Sequence record: PZ347775.1
Direction: 5' to 3' (one strand)
Length of the DNA stretch: 64,000 nucleotides
Source: a phage
The translations under genes were made by a program, and so were the position numbers. The notes under the pieces are model-generated. The model did no database searches. It was not told the DNA's origin and saw only the letters and a list, made by a program, of their open reading frames with translations. Shown here piece after piece: positions 36,476 through 45,510 of this stretch (the stretch's first letter is position 1; every line of letters starts with the position of its first letter).

Positions 36476-38158
36476 TTAAACCATTACAGTAAACCGACCA
36501 ACTTTCTTCATTTGAAGATGCTGACCATATTCTTGCGGGTCGTGGTCTTTATGCGAAATTATAAAAACATTAGTATTTTTCATTGAATTTATAATATTAG
36601 CTACACCTTTAATACCTTCAGCATCAAATGACCCATCAAACACTTCATCAAGAATTAATGTACTAATACTAACACCAGATACGATAGAAGCAATATCACG
36701 CCAAGTAAATAAAAGAGCAATATCGATTCGTGCTTTTTCACCTTCACTAAATGAAGCATAACTAAAATCTTCACGACCACGGGATTTAATTGTCTCATTA
36801 AATTCTTCATCTAATGTAAACACATAATCCGCTTCCATTATTTTAAGATAATGGTTAATTTGCTTATTAAATAATGGAATGTACTTTTTAATAATAGCAC
36901 CTTTAATACCAGAATCTTTGAGCATGTCAGTCAAAATTCCTCTGTGGTATTTTTCCATTACTAAATTAGTTTTTGTCTTAACAATTTTATCAAGTTCTTC
37001 TTGAAGCAGTGCTATTTCATCAGCATGGTCAATAAACTCGGATGATGCTTTTTCTATAGCTGCTTTAACTTTTTTAGCTTTATCTACAGTCGTGATTAGA
37101 GATTGCTTTTTATTGCGAATATCATTTGCCAACGTCTGCTGGGTTTTAATATTATCTCGGTATTCATCAACAAGAACTTTTAAATTATCACGATGTGTTG
37201 AAAGCTGTTCAAACGAATGCGTGCATTCAGAAACTTTATCTTTAATTTTAGAAACAACTTTATCACCGGAACTTAATTGTGACAAACAGGTTGGACATAA
37301 TCCACCTTCGTGATACATATTAATGACTTTATTATACGAGTCAATTTTTGATTTAATTAAAAATGCTTCTTGACCGATTTTATTAAATGCATCAGTCGGG
37401 TCTTCATCCAAAACAATATTAACTAATCTTTCATTAGCTTCTTCTATTTCCGATTTTAACGTTCTAGCTTCTTTTGCCAAATCATCATACATGTTCTGCA
37501 GACGAGTAAGGTTATCACCAGTTAATTTTTTCTGGCGTTCAACGTTATCATTATATATTTTAATTTGTTGGATAATACTATCTTTTTTAACATCAAGCAC
37601 TTGGTTTTGTGAATTTAATTCACGTATTAGTGCTTTATTAAGCTTATCCATTTCAGCTAATGTTCCTACCTCGAGCAGGTCTTCCACAAGCTTTCTTCGC
37701 GCAGGGGTCGACAAACCCATGAAAGGGGTATACCCTGCTGTACCAAGGACAACAATCTGCTTGAAACTGGCATATGACATTCCGATAAGCTGTTCAAATT
37801 CTGCTTGGAAATCTTTACTGCTGGCAGATTCATTAAGACGTGTACCGTTAACGGTGATTTCGAAAACGTTTGGTTTTTGTCCTCTTTTGATATAGTACTT
37901 TTTCTCATCATATTCCATCCACAGTTCAACTAAAAGTTCTTTCTTATTTGTGCTGTTTATTAATTGACCTTTCTTTACATCACGAAATGGCTTGCCAAAA
38001 AGCCCAAATGTGATGGCTTCTAACATAGTAGACTTACCGCCGCCATTTCGCCCAGTAATAAGAGTTTTTTGAACCTTATCTAGTTGAATGTCAATAGGAT
38101 TTCCACCTACTGACATTATATTTTGATACCTAACTCGGTTTAGTTTAAAATTCTTCAC
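36476..38158 (-). CDS. 46: gp46 recombination endonuclease subunit (SbcC/Rad50-like)
   Basis: 560-aa ORF; Walker A GRNGGGKST; long coiled coil; T4 gp46 length. Confidence 0.93.
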   Translation of the reverse strand: MKNFKLNRVRYQNIMSVGGNPIDIQLDKVQKTLITGRNGGGKSTMLEAITFGLFGKPFRDVKKGQLINSTNKKELLVELWMEYDEKKYYIKRGQKPNVFEITVNGTRLNESASSKDFQAEFEQLIGMSYASFKQIVVLGTAGYTPFMGLSTPARRKLVEDLLEVGTLAEMDKLNKALIRELNSQNQVLDVKKDSIIQQIKIYNDNVERQKKLTGDNLTRLQNMYDDLAKEARTLKSEIEEANERLVNIVLDEDPTDAFNKIGQEAFLIKSKIDSYNKVINMYHEGGLCPTCLSQLSSGDKVVSKIKDKVSECTHSFEQLSTHRDNLKVLVDEYRDNIKTQQTLANDIRNKKQSLITTVDKAKKVKAAIEKASSEFIDHADEIALLQEELDKIVKTKTNLVMEKYHRGILTDMLKDSGIKGAIIKKYIPLFNKQINHYLKIMEADYVFTLDEEFNETIKSRGREDFSYASFSEGEKARIDIALLFTWRDIASIVSGVSISTLILDEVFDGSFDAEGIKGVANIINSMKNTNVFIISHKDHDPQEYGQHLQMKKVGRFTVMV

Positions 38159-38418
38159 AAAAGATTCCTTTTAATGTATCTTTTAGACCATTCTATCATA
38201 TCATCATAATCTAAAAAGTATTCATCAAATTCAGCCATGCAAACAACACCTTGTGCTGCTTTTGATGTGATATAAATTATTCCAACATATCTAGAATCTT
38301 CTTCGGTGTATTCAATATTTGCTATGAATTCATCGTTAATGTCAAATGTCGAAAACTTCACAGTATGCATCCTTAATACAAGATACAGCCATATCTTGTA
38401 ATGATTTAGGTGTGTCAT
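38155..38418 (-). CDS. hypothetical protein (46.1 position)
   Basis: ORF between 47 and 46; start uncertain. Confidence 0.4.
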   Translation of the reverse strand: MTHLNHYKIWLYLVLRMHTVKFSTFDINDEFIANIEYTEEDSRYVGIIYITSKAAQGVVCMAEFDEYFLDYDDMIEWSKRYIKRNLL

Positions 38419-38605
38419 TATCTAAAATGTTGAAGTTAAAAGATACTGCCCAGTCAGTGCAGACCGTGACCTTTTTAATACAATTATCTTCAACCTCTAG
38501 TGGTTCAAACCAATATTCAATAATTTCTTTATGCCCAATATCATCTTTTACTTCGCATTCAAAATGCTGACTCATCATAACATTTTTAAATTCATCAAAA
38601 GTCAT
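38342..38605 (-). CDS. hypothetical protein (46.2 position)
   Basis: 87-aa ORF overlapping gene 47 stop. Confidence 0.45.
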   Translation of the reverse strand: MTFDEFKNVMMSQHFECEVKDDIGHKEIIEYWFEPLEVEDNCIKKVTVCTDWAVSFNFNILDNDTPKSLQDMAVSCIKDAYCEVFDI

Positions 38606-39621
38606 TGTGTTGCCTCTACATATAACTGATTTGCATATTGAATAAGTGCTTCGCGGTCAGAATCAGTGATGTCTGGAATTGCATTAATGTATTCTTCCAT
38701 CAACGTCTGAAGAGATTGAACTTCAACTTCTTCACTATCATCTGACTCGACAGAGTTATCAATCTTTGACACAACTCGTAATGAATGCACAACTTTTTCT
38801 AGTTCAGATTCGAACTTCGTCAGATTTTTGTCTACCTCAGTTACTATAACACGTACTGATAGATTTGTAAAATCTTTATAGTCAATTTTTCCCTTAAATG
38901 GATATTGAATTCGACGATGCCAGGTAGTGTTGTTTGGAATAAATTCCATTCGTTCTGTTTCTGTATCAAACACCCAGAACCCACGAGGGTCATTCTCGTC
39001 ACCTGCAGTTAGTGTCCATGGTGTCCCAATATATCTGACGTTAGCAGCCTCAGAGATAGTATGGAAGTGACCAGACCACACTTCTTTATAAGTCTTAAGG
39101 AAATCAGGTTCAAGACCGTGAGATTTCATTCCTTTATAAAAATAAAATCCATTCAGTTCCCAGTGACCAACACAAAAAGAAGCAGATGAAGTTTTGATAT
39201 GTTCAAGAATTTCACCAGTATTTTCTTCGCACATCCAAGGAATTAAATCAATCAAACATCCGTCAAAATCTACTGTAGTAGGCTTATCATATACTTTAAC
39301 ATTAGGATATTTAGCCAAAAGCTCAGTAGAAGCATTTGGAGTTAAAGTATTTTTAAAGTGCATATCATGGTTTCCTACAACAGTATGCAGGGTAATACCA
39401 GCATCATCAAGCATTTGAACTATTTCACGAGCGAACTCCATAGTTTTATGCGTGATTGCTTTTCGCACATCAAAAATATCGCCGTATTGAATCCATGTAG
39501 TAATTCCATTTTTCTTAGAATATTCTATTGCTTGTTTAATTCCATCCAACTGAATGGATTGAATCCACTCATCATCGGCTTTAACACCTAAATGCCAATC
39601 ACCTAAATTTAAAATTTTCAT
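38602..39621 (-). CDS. 47: gp47 recombination endonuclease subunit (SbcD/Mre11-like)
   Basis: 339-aa ORF; metallophosphatase motifs (GDWH, GNHD); T4 gp47 length. Confidence 0.93.
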   Translation of the reverse strand: MKILNLGDWHLGVKADDEWIQSIQLDGIKQAIEYSKKNGITTWIQYGDIFDVRKAITHKTMEFAREIVQMLDDAGITLHTVVGNHDMHFKNTLTPNASTELLAKYPNVKVYDKPTTVDFDGCLIDLIPWMCEENTGEILEHIKTSSASFCVGHWELNGFYFYKGMKSHGLEPDFLKTYKEVWSGHFHTISEAANVRYIGTPWTLTAGDENDPRGFWVFDTETERMEFIPNNTTWHRRIQYPFKGKIDYKDFTNLSVRVIVTEVDKNLTKFESELEKVVHSLRVVSKIDNSVESDDSEEVEVQSLQTLMEEYINAIPDITDSDREALIQYANQLYVEATQ

Positions 39622-39781
39622 ATATCAAGAACCGTCATTGAAATGCAAAATAAAATTATTGAAATAAATCCATCTGGAGTGCTAAAGAACCCAATCCAAC
39701 ACGCTCTAGTGAATAGATAAAACGCTAGAAAAAGTATCACATATCCAAGAAATATCATTATATCAAACTCCGTATAAAGCT

Positions 39782-39799
39782 AAAGGGCCGAAGCCCTTT
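39782..39799 (-). terminator. UUCG-tetraloop hairpin
   Basis: aaagggccgaagcccttt overlapping alpha-gt stop. Confidence 0.45.
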
Positions 39800-41000
39800 A
39801 TTTTGTAATAATGTCAAACTGTTCTTTAAAGCAGAAGCTTGAATCTTGATGCTGATACAAAAATTCATAAGCTTTTTCGCGTTCACGGTCATAAAGAGCT
39901 CGGTCAGATGACAGTTCTTTAATACGCTCAAATGTTGATTCCATGTCATTTTCATCAAACCAAACGATACCGCTATCATGAGAAATTAACGGAGTATTAT
40001 CAACACGGAATTTTAAATTTTCACCAGTAGATTTCCAAAATACTGGAATTGTTCCGCATGCACCAAGCTCGAGATGAGTGTATTCTAAAGAACGTTGTAG
40101 ATATTTTTTATCTAATTTACTCAGCTGATAACCAAATCCGGATTTACTCATACGTTCAAGCATTTCGCTATTTACATAACGGTCGAGAATTTGCGTTGGC
40201 AAATTAGGAGCAATTTTAATTTGGTCTACCTGATGAAGACGATAATACTCATATGGAATTCCTTTTTCTTTAATAGGAATGAACGCTGGAGAACGTTCCA
40301 GACCTTCCATAATAGTACTCAATCCCGCAGGTTTAAGATGTTTTTCATGAAAATCAAACATCTGATAAAAGCCTTTCCATGTAGTAGTACGACCAATCCA
40401 ACGGTTGATATTCATGTTAATTTCAGAAACATCTTTCCAGTAGGTTGATCGAACCTTCGCAATATCCATAGGAGGCTGAAAGTTATATACGGTCGGTGCT
40501 TCTTCAATATCATCAAACAGAGAAACTGTTTCTGGATACCATTCTTTCATCAGAACTTTATTAAAATCACCATTATCAGAATGACTAAAAATAACATCAG
40601 CTCGACGAACAGTTTCTTCTAATCCCAAATTTCGGCGCAAAGAAAGAGAAGAATGGTCATGTTGATAAACTACAACACGAACCGAAGGTTTAATGTTATC
40701 AATAATTTTTTTATAGTTATTAATAGTGTCTTCTTCGACTGAAGTAGCAGGAACTGAATTGATAACTAGAATATCACAATCATTTACCAGCTTAAGTGTT
40801 TTATCGTATTCTTTTGCCAATAAAACCGGAATTGAAAATGATTTATAATCATGCGCGCAATTACGGGTAAATGATTTATCTTTAGCATAAACCAAAGTTA
40901 CTTCATGACCATTTTTAATAAACCAATCACGCTGCTCAAGAGAAAATTTAGTTACACCACAACCTTCAAGACCTCGAGCCATAAAAATGCATACTTTCAT
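39798..41000 (-). CDS. a-gt: alpha-glucosyltransferase (HMC-DNA)
   Basis: 400-aa ORF CIFMARGLEGCGVTKFSLEQRDWFIKNGHEVTLVYAKDKSF; T4 alpha-gt. Confidence 0.92.
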   Translation of the reverse strand: MKVCIFMARGLEGCGVTKFSLEQRDWFIKNGHEVTLVYAKDKSFTRNCAHDYKSFSIPVLLAKEYDKTLKLVNDCDILVINSVPATSVEEDTINNYKKIIDNIKPSVRVVVYQHDHSSLSLRRNLGLEETVRRADVIFSHSDNGDFNKVLMKEWYPETVSLFDDIEEAPTVYNFQPPMDIAKVRSTYWKDVSEINMNINRWIGRTTTWKGFYQMFDFHEKHLKPAGLSTIMEGLERSPAFIPIKEKGIPYEYYRLHQVDQIKIAPNLPTQILDRYVNSEMLERMSKSGFGYQLSKLDKKYLQRSLEYTHLELGACGTIPVFWKSTGENLKFRVDNTPLISHDSGIVWFDENDMESTFERIKELSSDRALYDREREKAYEFLYQHQDSSFCFKEQFDIITK

Positions 41001-41050
41001 TTAATATCCTCATTGTTTTGGTTTATTTTACCAAAAATTTATAAAGCAAT

Positions 41051-41070
41051 ATAGGAGCCGAAGCTCCTAT
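41051..41070 (-). terminator. UUCG-type hairpin
   Basis: ataggagccgaagctcctat upstream of alpha-gt. Confidence 0.4.
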
Positions 41071-41243
41071 CCGCATAATACACCATACAGAGGCTCATTA
41101 GAGCTTCTAAATTTTATACGTTTATGTGTTATAGTTCCTTCTGCTTTAGCTTTATCATGAGACTCTTTAAAGCGCCTCATCATTTCTACTTTAGAGGAAC
41201 GAATTTTATTATAATCTATTTCAGAAGTCTGGGTGTTCATCTT

Positions 41244-41450
41244 TCACAGTTGCCACCATTTTTTGACTTGATAAGAATCAACCCACACTTTCATATTAGG
41301 GTCTGCTCTTACAATAGGAGGATTAACTTCTTTAATTGAACTATCATGGTATTCTTTTTCAGAAATTTTCACACAAAGATGACCATTCAAAGATTCAGTA
41401 AATCCTGCATTAATTTTAAGACGCTTGAATTTTACGCGTGTAAGCATCAA
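41244..41450 (-). CDS. hypothetical protein (68 aa)
   Basis: ORF between 55 and alpha-gt. Confidence 0.45.
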   Translation of the reverse strand: MMLTRVKFKRLKINAGFTESLNGHLCVKISEKEYHDSSIKEVNPPIVRADPNMKVWVDSYQVKKWWQL

Positions 41451-41733
41451 TCATATCCTCAATCTGCGATCTAGTAGTCTTCCAAAGAATACTAATGAGT
41501 TCATCGTTATATGGCTGTTTTAGAATATCCCGACTTTTCTTGATAGCATATTCGTATTGAGCAAAATTATTGTTTTCAGCTGCAATCTGAGCGTGCTTAT
41601 AAAGACGGTTCAGTTCGCGTTTGTTTTTAGACAATAACTTATTTGCTTTTCTTTCTGCTTCAAGACGGTTCTTTTCTTCAATAGAAGAAATAAGCTTTTC
41701 CACTTCATCATTAATTTCGGGTTTATCAGTCAT
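41416..41733 (-). CDS. hypothetical protein (105 aa)
   Basis: ORF between 55 and alpha-gt. Confidence 0.5.
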   Translation of the reverse strand: MTDKPEINDEVEKLISSIEEKNRLEAERKANKLLSKNKRELNRLYKHAQIAAENNNFAQYEYAIKKSRDILKQPYNDELISILWKTTRSQIEDMIDAYTRKIQAS

Positions 41734-41734
41734 A

Positions 41735-41953
41735 TTATTTCTCTAATATAAAATAAAAATCATCATCTGTTAAATGATACCGATAGTTTAATTCTACACC
41801 ATTAGATTTAAAAGCGGTATCATACGGATTTTCTGGATCAATATCAATGTCAAGAGCTAAAACTTCCCTGAGATACATTTTAAGTAAATAGGGAATAGCT
41901 TCAACTTCAGGTATTTCTTCCAAGAATCCGGAGAGGTTAATCGTTAGCCTCAT
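41735..41953 (-). CDS. hypothetical protein (72 aa)
   Basis: ORF abutting gene 55. Confidence 0.5.
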
Positions 41954-42494
41954 ATAAAAAATCCAAACTAGGAGAATCGTCTACAACACTTTTCTTTTCA
42001 GCCCCCGGTGTTCTATAGGTTGATTCTTCGTAATGCGTCATTTTATCGTAGATGTCTTGAATAAAAGTTTCATCTACTAACGCAACCATATCGTCGTCAC
42101 GACTGTCATAGACATTGTGAACGAAGTAACTGTATTTCTTTGCAACTTCCTTACGTTCTTTTTTAATACGTTGGACGAATGCATTAAAACAAGCTTGAGT
42201 TATATATGCATGTGGGTTTTTATATTTCGTTTCATCAAAATTATGAAGCCCCTTAATAGAAGCTTCTATACCATCTGCAATCATTTCTTGTTTCCAGGAT
42301 TGGGTGTATCCTGAAAAGTTGAAACGTTTAGATAAGCCTTCTGCGATAAGCATAATGGCTAATCCGATAGTATCATTCTGACGAACTACTTTATTTGGGT
42401 CTTTATTATTTGCTAATTCTGTTTTCCAATCAATAATAGCTTGTAAAAGCTCTTTATTGTTTACGTAATTATATTTAGGCTTAGTTTCTGACAT
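41937..42494 (-). CDS. 55: gp55 late-transcription sigma factor
   Basis: 185 aa from [32 protein letters not shown]; T4 gp55. Confidence 0.93.
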
Positions 42495-42572
42495 TTTCAC
42501 CTCTTAGCTCAATTCATAGATCTATTATATCATAATATTTGAAGATCTATCTTAAAGCATAGAGGATATCAG

Positions 42573-42842
42573 TTATCTAAGTAAGCAGTATGCTTGGAAC
42601 ACTTTTTCCATCATCTTTTTAAATTCATGAATATCTATATAATGACTAGTTAAATCAGCATGATATAAAAAGTCTAAAAACTTTTCATGTGTGCTAGCAT
42701 ATTCACTTTCATTTAATTCAGAAACATGGCTTTCCCAATATCCAACACCAGTCTTATTTGGGAAAAATGAAATTTTCATGTATTGATCAACATAGAAAAT
42801 GCCATAATTTTCAATAGTGATAGAAATATTAATAAATTTCAT
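42573..42842 (-). CDS. hypothetical protein (55.x region)
   Basis: 89-aa ORF. Confidence 0.5.
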   Translation of the reverse strand: MKFINISITIENYGIFYVDQYMKISFFPNKTGVGYWESHVSELNESEYASTHEKFLDFLYHADLTSHYIDIHEFKKMMEKVFQAYCLLR

Positions 42843-43060
42843 GCATTCATCAACTTAGCCGCTTCAAGAGCTGCATCTAGTGAATCAAACTGGTCAACGT
42901 ATTCAATCAATTCGCCATAATTAGCGTATAACCACCATTGGCTAAATTCATACTCAAGGATGAATCCATTTCCTTCAATTTGAGTTAAACCAATGCCATT
43001 TGTATTTACTTCATATCCGGCAAGACGCAAATCGTTAATAAGAGCTTCGTTCATATTCAT
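42839..43060 (-). CDS. hypothetical protein (55.x region)
   Basis: 73-aa ORF. Confidence 0.5.
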   Translation of the reverse strand: MNMNEALINDLRLAGYEVNTNGIGLTQIEGNGFILEYEFSQWWLYANYGELIEYVDQFDSLDAALEAAKLMNA

Positions 43061-43383
43061 ACCTTAGCAATTTTCAGGTCAGCAAATTTTTTCTTGCGTT
43101 GATTTTTCATACGACGAATAGTTTTATCAGAAATTTCATGCTTTTGATAAGCTTTAGATTCTACACCAAAAGCTTTAACATCAAATTCTGACAAGATATA
43201 TTGAACCAACAATTCACGGATAGTATTTCGTCCAATTTTTTGATCATTCTGTTTCATCGTCTGATGAAGCTCTTTTTCCCATTTATCCAAAATTTGAGGA
43301 GTAACAATATCGCCTTTTTCTAGCAGAGAAACTACTTTATCATATGCGTAAGAATTGATGGCGTTTTTAATTTGAATAGTCAT
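43057..43383 (-). CDS. hypothetical protein (55.x region)
   Basis: 108-aa ORF. Confidence 0.5.
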   Translation of the reverse strand: MTIQIKNAINSYAYDKVVSLLEKGDIVTPQILDKWEKELHQTMKQNDQKIGRNTIRELLVQYILSEFDVKAFGVESKAYQKHEISDKTIRRMKNQRKKKFADLKIAKV

Positions 43384-43421
43384 ACATTATCCTCAATTAC
43401 ATTAAAATTTTATTATCCAAA

Positions 43422-43437
43422 AAGGGCCGAAGCCCTT
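43422..43437 (-). terminator. UUCG-tetraloop hairpin
   Basis: aagggccgaagccctt. Confidence 0.45.
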
Positions 43438-43636
43438 AGCTAAACTGTTTGGCACCCTTCCAGCCTTCGTACATCATTGCAGCTGATATTAATATTGCTC
43501 CTGAGCAACTTGAATATTTGTGATTCCAAAACCAGTTTAGAAAAACTTCGTCATCAATACCTTGAGCTATCATATTTTCAAAGAACTGACGACGAGCTTC
43601 GGCAATTCGTTGTGATAATTTAGATTCAGGATTCAT
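43436..43636 (-). CDS. hypothetical protein (66 aa)
   Basis: ORF. Confidence 0.45.
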   Translation of the reverse strand: MNPESKLSQRIAEARRQFFENMIAQGIDDEVFLNWFWNHKYSSCSGAILISAAMMYEGWKGAKQFS

Positions 43637-43768
43637 TTAAATTTTCCAGTTACCGTTTTCATCAATGAATTTAATCCAGTCATTTACTGACCACTTGGTC
43701 GTATCGCCTTTTGGAGCAATATTTAAAGTGTATAATCCTTGTTTAAAAAGCATGCGTTTGATATTCAT
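43637..43768 (-). CDS. hypothetical protein (43 aa)
   Basis: ATG MNIKRMLFKQ with GAGGA SD; track ORF extended upstream. Confidence 0.4.
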   Translation of the reverse strand: MNIKRMLFKQGLYTLNIAPKGDTTKWSVNDWIKFIDENGNWKI

Positions 43769-43775
43769 ATTTTCC

Positions 43776-44069
43776 TCAGCTGTAACGATAGCACTCGTTT
43801 GATTTGCGCTTAGCAACTCGTTGAGAAGTATTATAATCAAAATCATCATCAATGTAAACTGATTTTTTCAACTTTCTTACTTCACCACGTAATTGGCGAT
43901 TTAGCTCATCTTTAACTTCTGAGTCAATGCCTTTCATTCTACGCCATTTATCTGAGCGAAAAATGTTTTCAACCATATCTTTATGACTTACACCATCAGG
44001 AGCTTTACGCTTTCCGAAATAGTCATAATCACGAACTTTTAAGTCTTTACGACGATACGTTTTACCCAT
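43776..44069 (-). CDS. hypothetical basic protein (97 aa)
   Basis: ATG MGKTYRRKDLK with AAGGAAA SD. Confidence 0.45.
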   Translation of the reverse strand: MGKTYRRKDLKVRDYDYFGKRKAPDGVSHKDMVENIFRSDKWRRMKGIDSEVKDELNRQLRGEVRKLKKSVYIDDDFDYNTSQRVAKRKSNECYRYS

Positions 44070-44244
44070 TGAGTTTAATTTCCTTAGCAACTGAACTAAA
44101 TACAGCACGATCACAAATCATCTGTTTATGTAACTTGAGTATAAGATAATAAACTTCAAAACCGTTTACATAAGTAACACGAACAACATTACCATTAATA
44201 AAATAATATTGTCCCTTTTTAATTTCTTTATCAACCACAATCAT
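44062..44244 (-). CDS. hypothetical protein (60 aa)
   Basis: ORF with early promoter upstream. Confidence 0.45.
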   Translation of the reverse strand: MIVVDKEIKKGQYYFINGNVVRVTYVNGFEVYYLILKLHKQMICDRAVFSSVAKEIKLNG

Positions 44245-44274
44245 ATCAAATCCTCAAAGGCAATTCATATGTTA

Positions 44275-44304
44275 ATAATACCACAGTTTGAACTTCTTGT
44301 AAAC
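44275..44304 (-). promoter_or_regulatory. T4-type early promoter
   Basis: -35 GTTTAC (44299-44304), 18 nt, -10 TATTAT (44275-44280). Confidence 0.5.
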
Positions 44305-44384
44305 AACTTTGTGAAATTATTTTAGGGAATGATAAGAAGGGAACGATAGCTTAGAATGGTAATATACAGAATGTGTGAAAGAAA

Positions 44385-44398
44385 GGCCCAGAGGGCCC
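44385..44398 (-). terminator. hairpin downstream of nrdH
   Basis: ggccc-aga-gggcc followed on minus strand by UUUCUUUC. Confidence 0.45.
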
Positions 44399-44401
44399 GT
44401 C

Positions 44402-44710
44402 TTAGTCTTCTATGATATCTCTATCATATCCAAGTGAAATGAGAGTTTCTTTGAAGTGTTTAATGTTCTTTTGTCTAGAATCATTGATGAAAATGACTGG
44501 ATAACGAATGTTAAGAGATGTGAATCCAGCGCGTTTAGCAAGAGATACAATCAGTGGACGATCATACTCAATCTTACCATTATTTGTAAGAACTTTATAG
44601 AAAGTAAAAGGAGCATTGAGCTCCTTTAGAAGTTTTGTAACTGATTGACATCCAGGACAACGACCTACTTCATCTGGAATTCCATAGACTTCAATCTTGT
44701 TTTGTTTCAC
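44402..44710 (-). CDS. nrdH: NrdH glutaredoxin-like protein
   Basis: 102-aa ORF with CPGC redox motif; position next to nrdG. Confidence 0.8.
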   Translation of the reverse strand: MKQNKIEVYGIPDEVGRCPGCQSVTKLLKELNAPFTFYKVLTNNGKIEYDRPLIVSLAKRAGFTSLNIRYPVIFINDSRQKNIKHFKETLISLGYDRDIIED

Positions 44711-44712
44711 AA

Positions 44713-44949
44713 CTATTCCTTACTAAGAGCAGCATTCAGCTTATTAGTAATTTTATCCAGACGCTCATTGAACTCACTAGAAGATAGTCCTTTTTCTGGA
44801 GAAATCAAACTAATCACGAAAAATATAGCAATAAAAGGAATAAGGAAAATAGCTCCAACTGCCATAAACAAAAAGAATGTTACGGTTGTAAGAAAATCAG
44901 CTAAACCTTTACGAAATTTATACATATTTACCCTTAATTGATTAACCAA
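44713..44949 (-). CDS. small membrane protein (78 aa)
   Basis: Hydrophobic TM segment; between nrdG and nrdH. Confidence 0.5.
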   Translation of the reverse strand: MVNQLRVNMYKFRKGLADFLTTVTFFLFMAVGAIFLIPFIAIFFVISLISPEKGLSSSEFNERLDKITNKLNAALSKE

Positions 44950-45039
44950 GCATTGATAAGCACTAAACTATATTGCGAATAAAATTCTGGACCAAAATGA
45001 AAAATCATATCATTTATAGTGTCCATAATATAATTCAAT

Positions 45040-45510
45040 TTAATCATGTTTCCACACCCCATCGGTATTTGACCAAAGTCGCTGATTATCTGAACCTCGC
45101 CACAGCTTTTTGGTCGGAAGATTTTTCTCATACTTCCCATCAATAATAACATCAACATATTTAAGCATTTCTAGTTGTTTAATATCTTCAAACTTATATC
45201 CTGTCCACAACCAAATGCTTTTATTCGGATAAAGATTTTTTACTGTTTGAACAATGCAATGAACAACATCTCGGTTATCTGGATAGAGAGGGTCTCCTCC
45301 AGTTATAGTTAATCCTTCTATATAATCATTATTCAAACATTTAATTAATTGTTCTAGTGTTTCACCAGTGAATGGAACGCCATTTCTAGCATTCCATGTT
45401 GATTTATTATAACACCCTTCACATTTATGCAAACAACCTGTAACGAAAAGAACGACCCTGCATCCAGGGCCATTCACAAAATCACAGGGATAAAATCTAT
45501 CGTAATTCAT
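45040..45510 (-). CDS. nrdG: NrdG anaerobic ribonucleotide reductase activase (radical SAM)
   Basis: 156-aa ORF with CxxxCxxC cluster motif. Confidence 0.9.
   Translation of the reverse strand: MNYDRFYPCDFVNGPGCRVVLFVTGCLHKCEGCYNKSTWNARNGVPFTGETLEQLIKCLNNDYIEGLTITGGDPLYPDNRDVVHCIVQTVKNLYPNKSIWLWTGYKFEDIKQLEMLKYVDVIIDGKYEKNLPTKKLWRGSDNQRLWSNTDGVWKHD

Noticed and set aside
39758-39979. Minus-strand 73-aa ORF overlapping alpha-gt 3-prime end
   Set aside because: Alternative frame inside alpha-gt; no independent start signals.
41124-41339. Plus-strand 71-aa ORF and a minus-strand 38-aa ORF in the alpha-gt upstream intergenic region
   Set aside because: Poor SD and no promoter consensus; region more likely regulatory (contains UUCG-type hairpin).
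44934-45158. 74-aa ORF overlapping nrdG
   Set aside because: Alternative frame across the nrdG 3-prime end; no SD.
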